Source of the DNA: Candidatus Bipolaricaulota bacterium
GTDB lineage: Bacteria > Bipolaricaulota > Bipolaricaulia > UBA7950 > UBA9294
Assembly (NCBI GenBank): GCA_028278555.1
Contig: JANQEA010000035.1
Span: 152,089 to 216,088, forward strand
DNA: 64,000 bases
Direction of reading: 5' to 3'
Shown here: piece by piece, positions 1 through 7,902 of the stretch
How positions within the stretch are numbered: position 1 is the stretch's first letter
Layout: the number at the start of each line of letters is the position of its first letter
The notes under the pieces: model-generated
Databases searched by the model: none
Told to the model about the DNA's origin: nothing
Seen by the model: the letters and a program-made list of their open reading frames with translations, nothing else
Program-made: the position numbers and the translations under genes

Positions 1-109
1 CGAATTCCTCGCCTTCCGGGCCGGCGAGGAAGACGAATCCCTCCTCGTCTATCGCTCCGACTTCTTCCCCGACGGGATCGAGATCGCCAGCGTCACCTCC
101 CTCCGCTAG
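1..109 (+). CDS. 3' end of an unidentified protein-coding gene (partial, continues upstream of the window)
   Basis: Open frame from base 2 (EFLAFRAGEEDESLLVYRSDFFPDGIEIASVTSLR*) ends at TAG 107-109. Codon usage resembles the neighbours and a hairpin follows. Too short to assign a function. Confidence 0.35.
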   Translation, partial: EFLAFRAGEEDESLLVYRSDFFPDGIEIASVTSLR

Positions 110-114
110 CCTGC

Positions 115-140
115 GTGCTGCTACGCAGCACTCTCCTTGT
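115..140 (+). terminator. Putative intrinsic terminator after the partial upstream gene
   Basis: GTGCTGC(115-121)-TAC-GCAGCAC(125-131) forms a 7-bp stem, followed by the pyrimidine/T-rich tract tctccttgt. Confidence 0.3.
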
Positions 141-191
141 CGCACAGATCGACACTCGGTAGCCTTCCCCTAGCAGTTCGAAAGGGATGGG

Positions 192-1100
192 ATGCTCATC
201 ATGCGAAGCGGATTCCGTCGAGCGATCGTTCTTGCGTTCACGCTCGCCTGTGCCCTTCCGATCGCGGGGTCGGAGACCGAGTTGGCCCCTCTTCGCATCG
301 GCATCTTCGCCGACCTCCACGCGCACGACACAAACTCGCCGCTCGACGACTTCGTCCTGGCGAACTGGGCCGAGCGGCTGCAGGCCTGCGTCGACGCGAT
401 GAACGCCTGGCCGGCCGATCTGATGATCCAGATGGGTGATTTCGTCAACGGCCGGTTCGTCCTCGGGGCGGAGTTCGGCGATCCGGAACGGATCCCCGCG
501 ATCCTCGAGGCGGCCGAGGCGGTCTACGCCGGGTTCGACGGCCCGCGGCATCACGTCCTCGGCAACCACGACGTCGAGGACCTGACCAAGGCCGAGTTCC
601 TCGAGCGGGTCAACGTCGACGCGACGTCCTACTCGTTCGACGCCGGCGCCTACCACTTCGTCGTTCTCGACGCGCAGTACCGCCCGGACGGGACCGATCG
701 GGAGAACGAGTTCTGGTTCATGCAGGGCTACGTCCCGCCACCCCTCCTCGAATGGCTCCGCGACGACCTCGCTGCGACCGACCGGCCGACAATCGTCTGC
801 GTGCATCAGCGGCTCGATCTCGACTTCGAGATCCGCCACGGTGGACCGGAGATCGCCAACCATACCGAGGTCCGCGACGTCCTCGTCGAGGCGGGGAACG
901 TCATCTGCGTCTTCCACGGACACGACCACTGGGGCGGCTACTCGGAGATCGACGGGATCCACTACGTCACGTTCAACGCGCTCCTCGACATGTCGTGGGG
1001 AAAGCCACACACGTGGGCTTTCGTCACCCTCGATCCGGCAGCACGGACGATCACCGTCGAAGGCGCCGGCGAGCAGCCGAACCTGATGCTCGACTACTAG
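192..1100 (+). CDS. Secreted metallophosphoesterase (calcineurin-like phosphoesterase family)
   Basis: N-terminal signal-like segment (AIVLAFTLACALPIAG). Ordered metallophosphoesterase motifs are present: DLHAHD, GDFV, GNHD, VHQ and HGHDH. Confidence 0.85.
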   Translation: MLIMRSGFRRAIVLAFTLACALPIAGSETELAPLRIGIFADLHAHDTNSPLDDFVLANWAERLQACVDAMNAWPADLMIQMGDFVNGRFVLGAEFGDPERIPAILEAAEAVYAGFDGPRHHVLGNHDVEDLTKAEFLERVNVDATSYSFDAGAYHFVVLDAQYRPDGTDRENEFWFMQGYVPPPLLEWLRDDLAATDRPTIVCVHQRLDLDFEIRHGGPEIANHTEVRDVLVEAGNVICVFHGHDHWGGYSEIDGIHYVTFNALLDMSWGKPHTWAFVTLDPAARTITVEGAGEQPNLMLDY

Positions 1101-1111
1101 GAGGTCCCTTG

Positions 1112-2101
1112 ATGAAGGCGTTCGTCACAGGCGGAACCGGGTTCCTGGGAGCCAACGTCGTCCGCGATCTGCTCGAACGGAACATCGGCGTCCGCGCCCT
1201 CTGCCGGCCGACGCCGTCGCGCGGAAACCTCGAGGGCCTCGACGTCGAGATCGTCGAGGGGGATCTTCGTGATGTGCAGTCGCTCCGCCGCGGGATGGCC
1301 GGCTGCGAGCTCGTCTTCCACGTCGGCGCCCTCTACTCGTTCTGGGTCCGACCTCCCGGTCTGATCTACGAGGTCAACGTCGATGGAACGCGGAACGTCT
1401 TCGACGCCGCCCTCGAAGAGGGGATCGCGCGGGTCGTCTACACGAGCTCGGTCGCGGCACTCGGCCTCCGCGACAATGGACATCCGGCCGACGAGACGAC
1501 CGCGACGTCACTCGCCGAGGTCGTCGGCGACTACAAGAAGACGAAGTACCTCGCCGAGCAGATCGCGCTCGAGTACAGCGCGAAGCTCCCGATCGTCATC
1601 GTCAATCCGAGCTTCCCGGTCGGACCGTGGGACGCGAAGCCGACTCCGACCGGCCAGACGATCGTCGACTTCCTCAACCGGAAGATGCCCGCCTACCTCG
1701 ATACCGGGATGAACGTCGTCGACGCCCAGGACGTCGCTCTCGGCCACTGGCTGGCCCTCGAGAAGGGGACGGTCGGCGAACGGTACATCCTCGGTGGCGA
1801 AAACGTGACGATGAAGGGGCTGTTGGATCTGCTCGCCGAGATCACCGGGTTGCCATCACCTAGAATCAGGCTCCCGTACACGCCGATCCTCGCGATGTCC
1901 TACCTAAACGCCGGGTTCTGCAAGCTCTTTCCTCGGATCACCCCGCGGATGACGCCGGAGACGATCCGGATGTCGAGCCACTACATGTACTTCGATCCGA
2001 CCAAGGCCGTCCGAGAGCTCGGTTTCCCGCAGACCCCTGCCAAGGACGCCCTCGCCAAGGCCGTCGACTGGTATGGGGAGAATGGGTACGTGAAGAACTG
2101 A
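1112..2101 (+). CDS. NAD-dependent epimerase/dehydratase (extended SDR; HpnA / dihydroflavonol-reductase-like)
   Basis: ATG at 1112 follows the SD GGAGG at 1101-1105. N-terminus is MKAFVTGGTGFLGANVV (Rossmann GxxGxxG) and a YxxxK motif (YKKTK) is present. The track ORF 752-2101 carries a spurious Arg-rich N-terminal extension. Confidence 0.85.
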   Translation: MKAFVTGGTGFLGANVVRDLLERNIGVRALCRPTPSRGNLEGLDVEIVEGDLRDVQSLRRGMAGCELVFHVGALYSFWVRPPGLIYEVNVDGTRNVFDAALEEGIARVVYTSSVAALGLRDNGHPADETTATSLAEVVGDYKKTKYLAEQIALEYSAKLPIVIVNPSFPVGPWDAKPTPTGQTIVDFLNRKMPAYLDTGMNVVDAQDVALGHWLALEKGTVGERYILGGENVTMKGLLDLLAEITGLPSPRIRLPYTPILAMSYLNAGFCKLFPRITPRMTPETIRMSSHYMYFDPTKAVRELGFPQTPAKDALAKAVDWYGENGYVKN

Positions 2102-2250
2102 GAGGCGGAAGTATTCGACGCGTGGCAGCTGTGAAACATCGACTTTCCACTCTCAGCGCTACGCTCACTCGACTCGCAGCGCCTGGAACACCGTCAGATC
2201 AACACTGTCTCTTCGAGCAGCGGCTTCTTGACTCTGATCGAAAGGATCAA

Positions 2251-3579
2251 CTACGGCAGCTTCTTGAGAATGGCCTTGATCTTCGAATCCAGCTTGTTCT
2301 TGAGAGTAGTGATGTTCGGGTAGAACACCACCGCGAAGTCCTTGATGTCGAAATGGAGCATCGTTCCTTCTCTTGCAGTAAAGATGACTCTCTTGTTGAC
2401 GCCGTGAGTGTATCCGATTTCGTAATAGACATTGGGTCTTTCGTGCGTGAGATCCGCAATGACGAATTGCGCTGAATCTATCGATTCCATGATCTTGTCA
2501 GTTATCTTCTCCGTATCCTCAACATCATCGACCCTGTAGGCCTTCAGATCGTTCTCTTCACATACCTCCTTGATCGCAGCGTGAACATCGTCCAGGCCTG
2601 GATCTTCCTTTGTCATGGCCATGATGATGAACACCTCTCTCGATAGCTGCGGTATCCCCGCACCGGTTTCTGCAGATGCCACAACTCCACCTCCCAATTC
2701 CCGATACAGATTAGCCAGCTTCTCCTGCTCAGCTGCAAGTTGGTGAGGTGTCTTCTTGCTTGAGTGCAAATCCTCGACCAGACTTGCAAGCCGAGCATAG
2801 CTCTGAAGCCATGCCTCTGCGATGAACCCAATCCAACGATTGTGATCCTCCACTTCGTCTACAGCGAGCAGTTCCTCGTAGTACTCAGCTCTGTTTCCCA
2901 GAAAGAAGCGATCGGTACCAATGAGCGTATGGTCGAGTCTGTATCCACCAATGAGCATAGCATAATTCGCTAGTAGACGCGCAACACGCCCGTTTCCATC
3001 TAGAAACGGGTGGATTCGGGCAATCCCGTAGTGCACAACAGCTGAGACTACCACCGGGTTAGCATCGGGATTGGATTTCACCCAGTGCAGCATAGCCTGG
3101 AGAGCAAGCGAAACTGTCTCTGGCTTCGGCGGAGTGTAGAGGATCTTGCGGTCCGGCATTCTGATAACGTAATTCTGTACTTCACGCAGCTTTCCTCCGC
3201 CGCTTCCGGGAGTGAGGCGTCGGTGGGCCTCCTGGATGAGCGGAAGACTGATGGGCGCGTCTTCTGCCGCACAATCCATTAGGTATTCGATCGCCTCTGC
3301 GTAAGCTTGAATCTCGTGTCCAGATACACCAGCATCGGGCGTGCGGATACCCCGGGGGATGCCCAGAGGGGTGTCTATCCCTGTAGCCGATAGGAACTCA
3401 CCAGATTGAAGAATGCTGATAATCTCGTCCCGGTTCTTGGAAATCGACAGTACTGTTTGAACGTAGGTGTAGTGACGCGTGATTCCCTGTAGCTTTGAGA
3501 CTAGATCAGGAGTGTAGCTGAACTCGATGCTGAAACTGTCAGTCATCTTGGACTCTGCGTTTCTCTCAACGACAGACAT
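2251..3579 (-). CDS. Fic-domain protein (predicted AMPylase / NMP-transferase) fused to a C-terminal TIR / nucleoside-2-deoxyribosyltransferase-like Rossmannoid domain
   Basis: The canonical Fic motif HPFLDGNGRVAR lies at aa 190-201 (nt 2977-3012). A coiled linker follows at aa ~270-314. The C-terminal ~125 aa read VFIIMAM...AYRVDDV...FVIADLTHERPNVYYEIGYTHGVNKRVIF...HFDI. This matches the hallmark pattern of TIR-like (COG4271/PF10137-type) and NDT-like domains (beta1 VFIxM, then DLT..PNV..E.G.A.G..K.VI). The start is either ATG 3579 or ATG 3546. Confidence 0.8.
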   Translation of the reverse strand: MSVVERNAESKMTDSFSIEFSYTPDLVSKLQGITRHYTYVQTVLSISKNRDEIISILQSGEFLSATGIDTPLGIPRGIRTPDAGVSGHEIQAYAEAIEYLMDCAAEDAPISLPLIQEAHRRLTPGSGGGKLREVQNYVIRMPDRKILYTPPKPETVSLALQAMLHWVKSNPDANPVVVSAVVHYGIARIHPFLDGNGRVARLLANYAMLIGGYRLDHTLIGTDRFFLGNRAEYYEELLAVDEVEDHNRWIGFIAEAWLQSYARLASLVEDLHSSKKTPHQLAAEQEKLANLYRELGGGVVASAETGAGIPQLSREVFIIMAMTKEDPGLDDVHAAIKEVCEENDLKAYRVDDVEDTEKITDKIMESIDSAQFVIADLTHERPNVYYEIGYTHGVNKRVIFTAREGTMLHFDIKDFAVVFYPNITTLKNKLDSKIKAILKKLP

Positions 3580-3601
3580 GGTGAGACATCAGACACGCCA
3601 T
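3566..3601 (-). CDS. Possible 11-codon upstream ORF (MACLMSHHVCR) overlapping the Fic start codon
   Basis: The only strong SD in the 286-nt gap (GGGAGG at 3607-3612, 5-nt spacer) precedes ATG 3601-3599, not the Fic ATG. The uORF ends at TGA 3568-3566 and spans the ATG at 3579. Speculative. Confidence 0.2.
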   Translation of the reverse strand: MACLMSHHVCR

Positions 3602-3865
3602 TCGAGCCTCCCTTCGCTGAACCCAGACTGCCGCCACATGTTCTGACTCTCTCCCATACCAGATTACCACTGGAACTCGCGCAGTGTAGGTTACCATTGT
3701 GGAGTACGTCGATCAATGCTCCGCCAGCGAGCCAACTTCCCCCCACCTCTTCAGCCTTGCTTGAGAATCGCAATCCCATCTCCCACAGGCCGCAGCGGCC
3801 TCTGAACGGCGCGGCGTATCTCGTACTACTCGTTGATGCCGTGCAGACAGAATGCCGCCTCCAGT

Positions 3866-4309
3866 TCATCTCCTACGGAGCGGGTGCTTCCGCGCCTTCA
3901 GTGTCAGCAGACCGAACGCAATGAGCCCTGCTATTAAGGACGCGATGAATGAGAACTCCAGCTCCGGCCATGGTTTTGCTTCAAGCTGAAGACCACAGAA
4001 CGGAGCAATGAATCCGACGGCGATAGCAGCTGCAATGCCCAGGCTCAAACTCGCCATCGCACGTGTCAGAAGGTCACGCGCAAGCGATCTTCCGATTTGC
4101 AGGGCGGCCAGACCAACCAGTGCGCCAACAAGCAGATCCCAGCTGTCGTAGGTGCCAGGCGCATACTCGACTGCAAGTAACGCAGCTAGAAGGGTAGCTC
4201 CCGCCGCTCCACGGCCGACGGTAGTTTCTTGAGTCGCGTTTCTCACTAGTACTCCTCCTCTCGCGATCCTCTCCCACACGCGCATCGGCATCAATGATTT
4301 CTGAGCCAA
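3866..4309 (-). CDS. Small integral membrane protein (about 4 predicted TM helices), function unknown
   Basis: 147-aa ORF with four hydrophobic stretches (ATLLAALLAVEYA, WDLLVGALVGLAALQIG, LSLGIAAAIAVGFIAPFCGL, FSFIASLIAGLIAFGLLTL) and a basic C-terminal tail. It is on the same strand as, and upstream of, the Fic fusion gene, inside the low-GC stretch. No family was recognised. Confidence 0.5.
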   Translation of the reverse strand: MAQKSLMPMRVWERIARGGVLVRNATQETTVGRGAAGATLLAALLAVEYAPGTYDSWDLLVGALVGLAALQIGRSLARDLLTRAMASLSLGIAAAIAVGFIAPFCGLQLEAKPWPELEFSFIASLIAGLIAFGLLTLKARKHPLRRR

Positions 4310-4375
4310 TCCTGCGGATGAGGACTTGCTCGATCAAGAGCGACTACCATCCCGCTCGGAGCATCCCTGCAAGAT

Positions 4376-4773
4376 TCACTCGAACACGTTGCCAGTGACG
4401 TTCCCTGCGGCATCGGTTTCTAGCAGTCCTTTGGACGAATCCAGGAGTACGAGTTCATTCTCTCACGAGTCGCGAACCACGACGCAACGACCGATCCGGA
4501 TGTCGAACGGTTGGGCAACTGTCGTACCGCCCGCTTCCGTGAAGCAGACAGCGGCCTCGTCGGCGTTCGATACCTTTAGGTCGATCTCGGGCGGCTTGGG
4601 CTCCGTGTGAAGCACGATCTCCGTTTCGTCCTTCCCTAGCGCTAGCCAACCTCATCTTCGGTCCGCCAAAGGAGTTCCAGCCTAAGCTTGTCTCGGTAGA
4701 ACGACAGACCCGATTCGAGGTCGTCCACGGACAGCTGCACACAATCCACCTTCTCGATGAGCGGTTCGGTCAC
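4376..4773 (-). pseudogene. Decayed glyoxalase/bleomycin-resistance/VOC-family gene (frameshift plus in-frame stop)
   Basis: SD GGAGGA plus GTG 4773 opens VTEPLIEKVDCVQLSVDDLESGLSFYRDKLRLELLWRTEDEVG, which hits TAG near 4640. The VOC-like sequence continues in another frame (WLALGKDETEIVLHTEPKPPEIDLKVSNADEAAVCFTEAGGTTVAQPFDIRIGRCVVVRDS). TGA at 4463-4465 then interrupts the DPxGN-type motif, and the frame continues ENELVLLDSSKG... to TGA 4376-4378. Confidence 0.6.
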
Positions 4774-4790
4774 GGTTTCCTCCGGAGTCT

Positions 4791-6170
4791 CTACCTCTTC
4801 AGCGCAGCCTTGACCAGCTGCCGACCTAGATCCCAGAGTCCGCCGCGGAGCTTGTGCGCTTTGTCGAGGGTCGCGTCAATGGCTGAGAGCGCGAAGTCCA
4901 CATCCTCGTCCGAGAGGATCAGCGGCGGGAGGAACTTGATGATGTTCACCCGGTGGCCCGACACCTGGGTGAGGAGCCGGTGGTCGCGCATCAGACCCAT
5001 GACAACGAGCTGGGCGAAGAGCCCGGCCTGCATCGTTTCGAGCGCCTTCCACGCCGCCTTCAGCTTGAGCGACTTCGGTGGCCCGAACTCCATCCCGATC
5101 ATCAGTCCCTTCCCGCGGACGTCGTGGAGCATCTCGTACCGCGACTGCATGTCACGGAGGCCGGCGAGGAGCCGCTCCCCCTGCCGAGCGGCATTCTCGA
5201 TCAGGTTCTCCGACTCCAGCACTTCGAGCGTCGCTAGGCCTGCCCCCATCGCCAGCTCGTTCATCCCGAACGTGTTCGAGTGGACGACGCACCGCTCGAG
5301 TCCGGAGAACGTCTTCTTGTGCAGGTCGCGGCGGATCAGGATCGCGCCGACCGGGATGAACCCGCCGGAGAGGGCCTTCGAGATCGGAACGATGTCCGGT
5401 TCGAGGCCCCAATGCTCGCCGCCGAAGAAGCGGCCGGTCCGGCCGAGTCCGGCCTGGATCTCGTCGACGATGAAGACCGTCCCGTGCTTCCGGCAGAGCC
5501 GCTGCGCCTCGGGGAGGTACTCGTCGTCCGGCATGTAGACGCCCTTTCCCTGGATCGGCTCGGCGATGAACGCGGCCACATCCGCGCGCTCAAGCTCGCG
5601 CTTGAGCGCGTTCAGGTCGTTCAACGGGACGCCCGTGGAGGGAAGGAGCTGTCCGAACCCCTCGCGGAAGTGCGGGCTCCCGTTCACCGAGAGGGCCCCG
5701 AGGGTGAGTCCATGGAACGCGTGATCGATGTAGACGAACCGGTCACGCTTCGTCGCGGCACGGGAGAACTTCAGCGATCCCTCGACCGCTTCGGCCCCGG
5801 AGTTGGTGAAGAAGACAGCGTCGAGCCCAGGGTAGCTACGCTGGGCCCGTTCGGTCAGTCGCTCGGCGAGGAGGCCGGCGAGGAGCGGACAGTCCATCTG
5901 GATCAGGTTTGGCCGATCGAGGTCGAGCAGTTGGTGAAGGGTCTCCTTCAGGACCGGATGGCTCCGGCCGACCTGGTAGACGCCGTAGCCGGAGAGGAAG
6001 TCGAGGTACCGATTCCCACCGTCGTCGTAGAGGTACGCCCCCTCGCCGCGTGTGTAGGCTACGTCGTAGTCGATGATCTGCAGGACCCTCGCCAACGCCG
6101 GATTGACGTGGCGCTTGTGCAATTCGATTTGTTCCCCGAGCCGTTCTTCGATCAGCTTCGCGATCTCCAT
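4791..6170 (-). CDS. Class-III PLP-dependent aminotransferase (acetylornithine/GABA/putrescine aminotransferase family)
   Basis: 459 aa with the family motifs SGAEAVE, DEIQAGLGRTGRFF and SKALSGG (PLP lysine). Confidence 0.9.
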   Translation of the reverse strand: MEIAKLIEERLGEQIELHKRHVNPALARVLQIIDYDVAYTRGEGAYLYDDGGNRYLDFLSGYGVYQVGRSHPVLKETLHQLLDLDRPNLIQMDCPLLAGLLAERLTERAQRSYPGLDAVFFTNSGAEAVEGSLKFSRAATKRDRFVYIDHAFHGLTLGALSVNGSPHFREGFGQLLPSTGVPLNDLNALKRELERADVAAFIAEPIQGKGVYMPDDEYLPEAQRLCRKHGTVFIVDEIQAGLGRTGRFFGGEHWGLEPDIVPISKALSGGFIPVGAILIRRDLHKKTFSGLERCVVHSNTFGMNELAMGAGLATLEVLESENLIENAARQGERLLAGLRDMQSRYEMLHDVRGKGLMIGMEFGPPKSLKLKAAWKALETMQAGLFAQLVVMGLMRDHRLLTQVSGHRVNIIKFLPPLILSDEDVDFALSAIDATLDKAHKLRGGLWDLGRQLVKAALKR

Positions 6171-6239
6171 CCCCCACCTCCGGATCGATCATACCACTGC
6201 CGGCTCGCCCGGGTGCCGCTCGCTGGGTATCCTGACCGC

Positions 6240-7112
6240 GTGTCCGGTTCGAGGGGGTTCGCCATCCGATCGGTCTTCGCTGCAGCGCTCGTGCTGTTGG
6301 CTGTCTCGCTCTTGATCTTCGCCGACGAGCCAGACGCTGAGGCGCTCCTCGCCAAGGCCGACGCGGCCTACGATCGGTGGAGCGAACCGTTCGACTTCGC
6401 CGTCTACGAGATCGCCCTCCGCGAGGCGATCGACCTGTGGGAAGAGGCTCTTCCGCTACTGCCCGACGAGGAGCCGGCAACGCGGATCCGCGTTCTCAAT
6501 CGCCTAGCGCAGGCGTTGTTCGAACTCGCGACGGCGTACCAACCCGAGCCGCGCGATCGAGAGGCGACCTTCGAGCGTGCCCGGGACTTCGGCCTGCAAG
6601 CGCTCGAGCTCGATCCTGCATTCGTCGCGACGCGCGAGGCGGACGGCTTCCGCGCTGCCCTTCGCGCGGCGACCGACGTGAAGACGATCTTCTGGTACGG
6701 GAACACGCTCGGTTCGTGGCTCGACTTCCACCGAATGAAGGCGATCTTCGGCGGCGTTCGTGACGTCGGTGCAGCGTTCGAGCGGTCGATTGAGATCGAC
6801 GAGACCTACGATGGCGGCGGGCCGCACCGAGCGATGGGCATCTTCATCGCCCAGGCCCACTTCCTCGTCGGGAAGAGCCGCGCCGATTCGGTCGTCCACT
6901 TCGAACGGTCGATCGAAATCGATCCGACCTACCTCGAGAACTACGTGAACTACGCCGAGTACTACGCACGAGGGACCGACGACGAGCTGTTCGATCGGCT
7001 GATCGAGACCGTGCTCGCAGCGGCCGAGGATCCGGCGATCGTCGGCGCCCATCCGCTCTACAACCACCTCGCGATCGAACGGGCGCGCGGACTCGCCGCC
7101 AACCGGAAGTAG
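6240..7112 (+). CDS. TatT-family TPR protein (TRAP-transporter TatT component-like), secreted or lipoprotein-like
   Basis: Hydrophobic N-terminus (AIRSVFAAALVLLAVSLLIFA). The C-terminal signature IDETYDGGGPHRAMG...HFERSIEIDP...NYVNYAEYYA is typical of the TatT family. The start is GTG 6240 or GTG 6213. The upstream part of track ORF 5280-7112 is antisense to the aminotransferase and spurious. Confidence 0.6.
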   Translation: MSGSRGFAIRSVFAAALVLLAVSLLIFADEPDAEALLAKADAAYDRWSEPFDFAVYEIALREAIDLWEEALPLLPDEEPATRIRVLNRLAQALFELATAYQPEPRDREATFERARDFGLQALELDPAFVATREADGFRAALRAATDVKTIFWYGNTLGSWLDFHRMKAIFGGVRDVGAAFERSIEIDETYDGGGPHRAMGIFIAQAHFLVGKSRADSVVHFERSIEIDPTYLENYVNYAEYYARGTDDELFDRLIETVLAAAEDPAIVGAHPLYNHLAIERARGLAANRK

Positions 7113-7138
7113 GGCGACCTCGAGCGGAGTCCGCCCGC

Positions 7139-7831
7139 CTATTCAACGCGCCCGAGACGGGTGACGGCTTCGTAGGCGACCATGTAGCTCGCCGCGTGCA
7201 GCGGGCCGAGGAAGAGCGTCCCACTGAGCAGGATGAACAGCTCGATCGCCCAGGGCGGGATGACCGGGGCTTCCGCAATCGCGGAGAGCCCGAAGACGAT
7301 CCCCAGGACGATCGTCGGGAGGATCAGCAACAGGCTGATCCCGAAGAGTGTCCCGCGGTAGCCGGAGGTCAACTCCTTGCTCCGACGCATCGCCTCCCGT
7401 GCCCGGACAGGTGGGCCATGGGGGTTCTGCACCTCCCGATCGAGGACGACGATCGGCGCCCATGAGAACATGAGCGCGAAGACAATCGCCGGGATGACGA
7501 GCAGAACGAACCCGCCAGCGATCGCCAGGATCGTCAGAGTCTGGACGCCGGCGATCGGCGCCCAGTGCCTGAACCCCCGGAAGAGATCACGGAAGGTCGC
7601 GGGCTCGTTGCGCACGGTCTGCAGCGCGAGGAAGTACTGTCCGGCGTAGAGCGGCGCAAGCAGGACGACGTACAGCACCAGATCGAGCCAGACCCACAGA
7701 CCCGAGTCGGGGAGCACGAGGTCGATCGCCTGCTGCACTGCGAGAATGACCAGCCACGCGCCGAGGAGAAGCGGCAGCCGTCGGACGATCACGTCGACAC
7801 CCTCCCGAAGGCAAGACCACACGGAAATCAT
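7139..7831 (-). CDS. Polytopic membrane protein (DUF975 / YciC-like topology)
   Basis: Five to six hydrophobic helices and the motif FRDLFRGFRHW, typical of DUF975-like proteins. ATG 7831 is preceded by the SD AGGGGGG. Confidence 0.6.
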   Translation of the reverse strand: MISVWSCLREGVDVIVRRLPLLLGAWLVILAVQQAIDLVLPDSGLWVWLDLVLYVVLLAPLYAGQYFLALQTVRNEPATFRDLFRGFRHWAPIAGVQTLTILAIAGGFVLLVIPAIVFALMFSWAPIVVLDREVQNPHGPPVRAREAMRRSKELTSGYRGTLFGISLLLILPTIVLGIVFGLSAIAEAPVIPPWAIELFILLSGTLFLGPLHAASYMVAYEAVTRLGRVE

Positions 7832-7902
7832 TGAATCCCCCCTAACGTCAGGAAGTACAACGAGAATAGCGGGGCCACCTGAGGCCGACAAGCGCGCGGC
7901 GG

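Larger units (their letters stand above)
2102..4375. other. Compositionally atypical (lower-GC) island containing the Fic fusion gene and a 4-TM protein gene
   Basis: By eye this stretch is far richer in A/T and in A/T-ending codons (roughly 50% GC) than the flanking genes (mid-60s %). No integrase, tRNA or convincing flanking direct repeat was seen. Confidence 0.5.

Noticed and set aside
752-1111. Long N-terminal extensions of track ORFs. Examples: 752-1111, 5280-6239, 10111-10407, 30412-31734, 34536-34922, 38326-38454, 38466-39347, 43729-43872, 43751-43984, 47058-47330, 48085-48135, 49512-49694, 53062-53277, 56797-56868, 58133-58189.
   Set aside because: The extensions are Arg/Pro-rich, overlap the neighbouring real gene or its antisense, and lack an SD. 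In each case an internal ATG/GTG with a good SD coincides with the start of family homology.
3543-3924. ORFs 3543-3869 (minus, 108 aa) and 3697-3924 (plus, 75 aa) in the gap between the Fic gene and the membrane protein gene.
   Set aside because: They have no SD and odd composition, and they overlap the ends of better-supported genes. The region is treated as non-coding apart from the speculative uORF.
2164-4383. Possible direct repeats (att-like) flanking the low-GC insert.
   Set aside because: The only shared element found by eye is the 8-mer TCACTCGA (2164-2171 and 4376-4383). This is too short to distinguish from chance in 64 kb, and no integrase is present.
4463-4465. The in-frame TGA in the VOC-like gene was considered as recoding (selenocysteine, or a TGA=Trp/Gly genetic code).
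   Set aside because: Many clearly real genes in the window terminate at TGA. The same gene also carries a frameshift near 4640, and no SECIS-like context was noticed. A pseudogene is the simpler explanation.
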